From: Candidatus Woesearchaeota archaeon
GTDB lineage: Archaea; Nanobdellota; Nanobdellia; Woesearchaeales; 21-14-0-10-32-9
Direction of reading: 5' to 3'
Length of the DNA: 37,694 nucleotides
Assembly: GCA_007131205.1 (NCBI GenBank)
Contig: SLQZ01000062.1
Coordinates: 1 to 37,694 of the forward strand
Shown here: positions 33,671 through 37,694 of the stretch, piece by piece
How positions within the stretch are numbered: position 1 is the stretch's first letter
How the letters are laid out: each line of letters begins with the position of its first letter
The notes under the pieces: model-generated
The model's database searches: none
Seen by the model: only the letters and a program-made list of their open reading frames with translations
What the model was told of the DNA's origin: nothing
Program-made: the position numbers and the translations under genes

Positions 33671-35641
33671 ATGATTCTGGGAAAGATCACAGGAAAAACC
33701 ACCACGAACGAATTCAGGTTCGTAGCAGAAAAAGAGACAAGGAAATTCGAATACCTACAAGTATACCACGAAGTATACGAATACGTTCTCTGCCAGGTAG
33801 TCGAGATAGAAAAGCAAGAGCAGGAAACAATAGCGTATTGCCAAGCAATAGGGTACAAGGACAATGGCCGGGTAAAAAAGCCAAGGATACCCTTCACGCC
33901 AGGCACAGAAGTATTAGAAGCTGAAAACGAATTCATAAGAAGCATAATAAGCCTGGAAAAAACAGGGGAGCCAGCATACATTGGCAAGCTTGACGGGAAA
34001 GACGTGGATGTATTCCTAGACCTTAACAAGGTGCTTTCAATGCACTTAGCTGTACTAGCAAAATCGGGGAGTGGAAAATCATACGCGGTAGGAGTATTGC
34101 TTGAGGAGATAATCAGCAGGAAAATCCCTGTAATAGTCATTGACCCCCATGGAGAGTATTCCTCAATTAAATACAGAAATGAAGAAAAATATGATGTTGA
34201 AAGACTAAAGCTGGCAGGGCTCAGCCCGGAAGGCTACAGAGTGGAAGAATACGGGGACACAAGCATATTGCCGGATACTAAGCCGTTAAGGCTGGGCAAC
34301 CCGTTAAGCCAAGACGAATTAATGCATTTGATACCGGGAAAGCTAAGCAACAGCCAAACAGCGGTATTGTACAGCAGCCTGAAACACGCGTCAGACTTCG
34401 AATCCCTACTCCTTGCGCTTGAGCAAGAGGAAAGCAGCGTAAAATACAGCATTATAAGCATGGTAGAATACATAAAGAGCACAGGGGTATTCTCAAGAAA
34501 CCCGACGCCTATCCAGGAATACCTAAAGCCGGGAAGCTGCACAATCATAAACCTGAAAGGAATGAGCCCGGATGTTCAAGAAGTAATTGTTTACAAGCTA
34601 AGCAAAGACTTGTTCGAGGCAAGGAAGAAGAGCCAAGCACCCCCTTTCTTCTTAGTTATAGAAGAAGCCCATAATTACTGCCCTGAGCGAAGCTTTGGCG
34701 AGACAAAGGCAAGCAAAATACTGCGAAATATCGCTTCCGAGGGAAGAAAGTTTGGATTAGGCTTATGCGCTATAAGCCAAAGGCCTGCAAGGGTTGACAA
34801 GTCAGTGCTAAGCCAATGCAGCACGCAAATATTATTAAAAGTTACAAACCCTAACGACGTGAAAGCAATAAGCAGCTCGGTTGAGGGAATAACAAGCCAT
34901 GCAGAAAGAGAGCTTCAAAACCTGCCAATAGGGAATGCGATGATTACAGGCATCACTGATGTCCCTTTGCTGGTGAACGTGAGGCCAAGGAAGAGCACTC
35001 ACGGCGGAAAAACCCATGGGATGCTGGAAGAAAAGAATTTCTTGGAGCAAGCGGAAGAATTCGGCGAAGAAGACCTTATCGGAATAATAAAGCCGAACAT
35101 ATCCCCAAAAGACATAATGCTTATGTCTGAAAAGCCAATTGAAAAAATCAGGGTAATCCTAAGGCCTTGCGTACTGGCAGTCTGCGAGGACGGCAACAAA
35201 GAATACAAGCTGCTAATAGACATAAACAGGAAAGGAATTATAACTGATAAGGAAACAGGCTCTGTGAAAAAAATACCTTTCATTAAACAGCTCTCACAAG
35301 GCGAAATAAGCATTTTAAGGCATGGGTTTAAGAAAGGCTCTTTCACTCATGAGCAGGCAACAAGCGTATTAGGCAGGGACGCGCATGCTGAGCTGGAAGG
35401 CCTTGCTGGAAAAGGGCATGTTGAAAAAAAGGGAGGAACATACTCCGTGTCAGATAAGTACGTGTTTTCAAAGCTTTCAAAACATGAGACTCACGAAAAA
35501 ATATCTTATGAGAAAATCGGGTATGATGAAAAAGAAGATGAGCAAGAGGATGAAGAGCTATTAAAAAACCTTGGGGCCCTTACAAGGATAAAAGAAAAAA
35601 ATCGCTGTTTCCTAGTTGTATATGAGCCTGATTATAAATGA
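33671..35641 (+). CDS. HerA/DUF87-family (FtsK-HerA superfamily) P-loop ATPase with C-terminal ~200-aa extension containing a winged-helix-like segment
   Basis: N-terminal HAS-barrel-like region, Walker A LAKSGSGKSYAVG, Walker B FFLVIEEAHNY, CAISQRP. The C-terminal LSQGEISILRHGFKKGSFTHEQATSVLGRDAHAELEGLAGKGHVEKKGGTYSV resembles a wHTH. Confidence 0.75.
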   Translation: MILGKITGKTTTNEFRFVAEKETRKFEYLQVYHEVYEYVLCQVVEIEKQEQETIAYCQAIGYKDNGRVKKPRIPFTPGTEVLEAENEFIRSIISLEKTGEPAYIGKLDGKDVDVFLDLNKVLSMHLAVLAKSGSGKSYAVGVLLEEIISRKIPVIVIDPHGEYSSIKYRNEEKYDVERLKLAGLSPEGYRVEEYGDTSILPDTKPLRLGNPLSQDELMHLIPGKLSNSQTAVLYSSLKHASDFESLLLALEQEESSVKYSIISMVEYIKSTGVFSRNPTPIQEYLKPGSCTIINLKGMSPDVQEVIVYKLSKDLFEARKKSQAPPFFLVIEEAHNYCPERSFGETKASKILRNIASEGRKFGLGLCAISQRPARVDKSVLSQCSTQILLKVTNPNDVKAISSSVEGITSHAERELQNLPIGNAMITGITDVPLLVNVRPRKSTHGGKTHGMLEEKNFLEQAEEFGEEDLIGIIKPNISPKDIMLMSEKPIEKIRVILRPCVLAVCEDGNKEYKLLIDINRKGIITDKETGSVKKIPFIKQLSQGEISILRHGFKKGSFTHEQATSVLGRDAHAELEGLAGKGHVEKKGGTYSVSDKYVFSKLSKHETHEKISYEKIGYDEKEDEQEDEELLKNLGALTRIKEKNRCFLVVYEPDYK

Positions 35642-35678
35642 TAAAGATTTTTAAATCAGGGCTGATTTATATCTTCTT

Positions 35679-36245
35679 ATGAATGGAGAGAACCTAACTG
35701 AGCTGAACTTGCTTGGAGGGATAAGCCCCTTGCTTACAGATATAGGGATAGCTATAATCATATTGCTTCTTGGCTTTATAATTGGAAAGGTCACGCGGAT
35801 ACTGCTTGAAAAAATATTGCTTGAACTCCAAGTAGATAAAGGGCTGAAGGCAATAAAGAGGAATATATCCCTTAGGAAATCACTGCCTATTCTTATGAGC
35901 ATAATAATTTATTCGATAGCTGTAATGCTTGCGCTTAACCACTTAGGAATATTAGAAGCAGTGCTTAAGGCAATCTTAGCTTTAGTGCTATTGATATTGG
36001 CTGGGTCAATAATTTTATGGCTATCACATTTACTTCCTAATGTAGTTGCAGGATTCAAGCTGAGGTCAAAGAAGGATTTCACGGAAGGCATGATTATAAA
36101 GAGCAAGGTCGTGCGAGGCAGGATAAAAAAGATAGGCTTCCTGAAGACAAGGATAGAGAGCGAAGAAGACACATACCTAGTGCCTAACTATTCCCTTACA
36201 AAGAAAAAGAGCCCTATTGGGAAATATGAAGTGGCAAAAAAATAA
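35679..36245 (+). CDS. Truncated MscS-like mechanosensitive channel family protein (TM region plus start of beta domain only)
   Basis: 3-4 TM helices, then FTEGMIIKSKVVRGRIKKIGFLKTRIESEEDTYLVPNYSL, matching the MscS G..v...g..G.V..I.l..T.i....g....IPN..l segment. Only 188 aa. Confidence 0.5.
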   Translation: MNGENLTELNLLGGISPLLTDIGIAIIILLLGFIIGKVTRILLEKILLELQVDKGLKAIKRNISLRKSLPILMSIIIYSIAVMLALNHLGILEAVLKAILALVLLILAGSIILWLSHLLPNVVAGFKLRSKKDFTEGMIIKSKVVRGRIKKIGFLKTRIESEEDTYLVPNYSLTKKKSPIGKYEVAKK

Positions 36246-36253
36246 TTTTTTTT

Positions 36254-36508
36254 CTAGCAAATGGTTTCAAGCATTCCTGATATGTGAAGAATCTGGGTCC
36301 TGATAAAAGGCGGCAAGTTAACATCGCTTGAAAGCTCATCCAAGTCACAAAGAATCTTATTAACTTTAAGGGATAATTCATCTTGCGAGCATTCTTCCAG
36401 CTCTTTCTGCATGCTAGATACTTTTTGCTTGATATTCTTTGATACTGAGCTATCCTCCTGCAATTCCTTAAGCACATGTATGACTTGTTCTTTTGCATCC
36501 ATTTTCAT
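36254..36508 (-). CDS. UPF0147-family small archaeal protein
   Basis: VLKELQEDSSVSKNIKQKV...ILCDLDELSSDVNLPPFIRTQILHISGMLE resembles the UPF0147 signature (...D.SVPRNIR... LDEIS.DPNMP...RT.IW). Adjacent to prefoldin beta. Confidence 0.55.
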   Translation of the reverse strand: MKMDAKEQVIHVLKELQEDSSVSKNIKQKVSSMQKELEECSQDELSLKVNKILCDLDELSSDVNLPPFIRTQILHISGMLETIC

Positions 36509-36524
36509 AGCACCCCTGCACGTG

Positions 36525-36866
36525 TTATTTCTTTGAGTTCTTTGCTGATTCTAATTCTTCCATGATTTCCTTTTGCAAAGCCTTGGCTTTTTCCTTGACG
36601 GAAGACTCTTGCTTTTCCAATGATTTAATCCTTGATTCCAATAATTGTTTTTTGGACTTTAAATCTTTTTCTAAAACAGCCTTGTCAGCCTTAACCATGA
36701 TATTCCCAACGATCTTGTACGCTTCGCCCGTGGTTTTAATTTCTTCTAGTGCGGACTCCGCCTCTATTAATTGGTTCTGAAAAGACTGCCTTTGAACGCT
36801 TAGCTGGTTGGAGTTCTGCTCAAGCATTGAAAGCCTGTTAATCTTTTCCTCTGTTGCCTTATCCAT
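36525..36866 (-). CDS. pfdB: Prefoldin beta subunit
   Basis: 113-aa coiled-coil / beta-hairpin (YKIVGNIMVK) / coiled-coil architecture. Confidence 0.8.
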   Translation of the reverse strand: MDKATEEKINRLSMLEQNSNQLSVQRQSFQNQLIEAESALEEIKTTGEAYKIVGNIMVKADKAVLEKDLKSKKQLLESRIKSLEKQESSVKEKAKALQKEIMEELESAKNSKK

Positions 36867-37095
36867 TTTTTATCGCTGACCCAGCTTTTTCATAAACAGT
36901 GATTATCTTTGTTATAGTGTTAAGCGCGGAGCGAAGCGCAACGGAATCTTTTGCCTTAACGCTGAACTTCAAAATATTTTTCTCTCGCTTAACCGAGTAC
37001 TTAACTCGCTCATTAAGCATTTCTTTTTGCTCAAATGAAAACAGTGACTCCAAGTGGCCGTGCTCGTCCTGCACGGTTATCTCGGTGTGGATCAT
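36859..37095 (-). CDS. pcc1: KEOPS complex subunit Pcc1-like
   Basis: ~78 aa. FSVKAKDSVALRSALNTITKIITV matches the Pcc1 L.I.A.D..ALR...NS.LR pattern. Conserved position between rpoP and prefoldin beta. Confidence 0.65.
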   Translation of the reverse strand: MIHTEITVQDEHGHLESLFSFEQKEMLNERVKYSVKREKNILKFSVKAKDSVALRSALNTITKIITVYEKAGSAIKNG

Positions 37096-37097
37096 CT

Positions 37098-37235
37098 TCA
37101 CACTGCCTCAACAGTGGTTGAAACAGACCTTCTCTTGAAAACTATTTTCGAGCCGCAATACACGCATCGAATCCTTTTCTTAACCTGGTCCTGGTTAAGT
37201 ATTTTGTTGCAAGAGAAGCACTTATATTCGCTCAT
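37098..37235 (-). CDS. rpoP: DNA-directed RNA polymerase subunit P (Rpo12)
   Basis: Hand translation gives MSEYKCFSCNKILNQDQVKKRIRCVYCGSKIVFKRRSVSTTVEAV*. CxxC...CxxC zinc ribbon with the RC.YCG..I..K.R signature. 45 aa, below the ORF-track cutoff. Confidence 0.8.
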   Translation of the reverse strand: MSEYKCFSCNKILNQDQVKKRIRCVYCGSKIVFKRRSVSTTVEAV

Positions 37236-37263
37236 TTTTTTTCACCTATCAAAAAAAATTTTT

Positions 37264-37482
37264 TTATGCTTTTGAAACCGTGTAAGCCTTGCCTGTGAAG
37301 ACTTTTCCGCATTTGCCGCATTCCCATATTCCTGCGCTTTTCTTTTTTACTTTCTGCGCACTGCAGTATTTGCACTTATATTTTGCTTTTGAAGCCGCCT
37401 CAATATTTGAAAGCTTTTGCTTGACAGTCCTGCCATATCTTACTCCGAATCTCTTTGTTGAGCCACTTGTTTTCTCGGCCAT
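37264..37482 (-). CDS. rpl37ae: Ribosomal protein L37Ae (eL43)
   Basis: TKRFGVRYGRTVKQKL..IE......YKCKYCS...VKKKSAGIWECGKCGKVFTGKAY. Confidence 0.9.
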   Translation of the reverse strand: MAEKTSGSTKRFGVRYGRTVKQKLSNIEAASKAKYKCKYCSAQKVKKKSAGIWECGKCGKVFTGKAYTVSKA

Positions 37483-37515
37483 ATTAAATCATTCCTCTAG
37501 TATTTTAAGCGTTAA

Positions 37516-37623
37516 TGGGGCTGCCCGGACTTTCATTAATAATGACTGGTGCCAAAGTATTAGTTTGAACCGGGGGCTTCAGGTCCCAAACCTAAAAGGT
37601 TAGCCAAGCTACCCCACAGCCCC
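37516..37623 (-). tRNA. tRNA-Pro (anticodon UGG) with a ~34-nt intron between T-loop and 3' T-stem
   Basis: GGGGCTG TG GGGT AGCTTGGCTA ACCT T TTAGG TTTGGGA CCTGA AGCC CCCGG TTCAAAC [TAATACTTTGGCACCAGTCATTATTAATGAAAGT] CCGGG CAGCCCC A. All stems pair only if the 34-nt insert is removed. Confidence 0.75.
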
Positions 37624-37654
37624 AATCAACTGCTATAGAAGAAAAAAAGAGTTG

Positions 37655-37662
37655 TTTATAAA
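37655..37662 (-). promoter_or_regulatory. TATA box (TTTATAAA) about 35 nt upstream of the tRNA-Pro 5' end
   Basis: Read directly; spacing appropriate for an archaeal promoter. Confidence 0.5.
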
Positions 37663-37694
37663 GTTTTCTTATACTTAAACGCTAGGGTGCTCGG

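Noticed and set aside
1-37694. CRISPR arrays, rRNA genes, prophage structural genes
   Set aside because: No regularly spaced direct repeats of 24-40 nt, no rRNA-like sequence and no capsid/terminase/portal-like ORFs were seen anywhere in the window.

Overview
Archaeal chromosomal window, roughly 38-42% GC by eye, not computed. It is most consistent with a small-genome DPANN-type archaeon; that placement is inference. All calls rest on motif recognition by eye, and no searches were run.

The backbone is information-processing genes:
- RNA polymerase: rpoH, split rpoB (B''/B'), split rpoA (A'/A''), followed by L30e, NusA and S12.
- ftsZ-secE-spt5-L11 fused directly to L21e-rpoF-DUF655.
- S19e-L39e-L31e, L15e and aIF5B.
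- UPF0147-prefoldin beta-Pcc1-rpoP-L37Ae.
- Four minus-strand tRNAs: Lys, Asp, Tyr, Pro.
- L39e and RpoP fall below the ORF-track size cutoff and were found by hand translation.

Accessory content and oddities:
1. A DpnII-like double-methyltransferase cassette (Dam/DpnM-like plus DpnA-like). It flanks an oppositely oriented orphan ORF that does not look like a DpnII-family nuclease. It sits where rps7-fusA-tuf-rps10 normally follow rps12.
2. Next to it, a tightly coupled operon: transglutaminase-like membrane protein, acidic unknown, ASCH domain protein.
3. A HerA/DUF87-type ATPase with a C-terminal winged-helix-like extension and no NurA partner. It is divergent from two orphan genes.
4. A ChlI/ChlD-like AAA+/vWA pair followed by two pilin-like genes.
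5. tRNA-Tyr with two introns and tRNA-Pro with one. The T-arm introns sit at the same position in both and share the ending TGAAAGT.
6. Bacterial-type Lgt and an HPF/YfiA-like protein embedded among archaeal genes.
7. Charged low-complexity extensions on several core proteins.
8. An IS transposase remnant at the left edge.

No CRISPR array or rRNA gene was seen.
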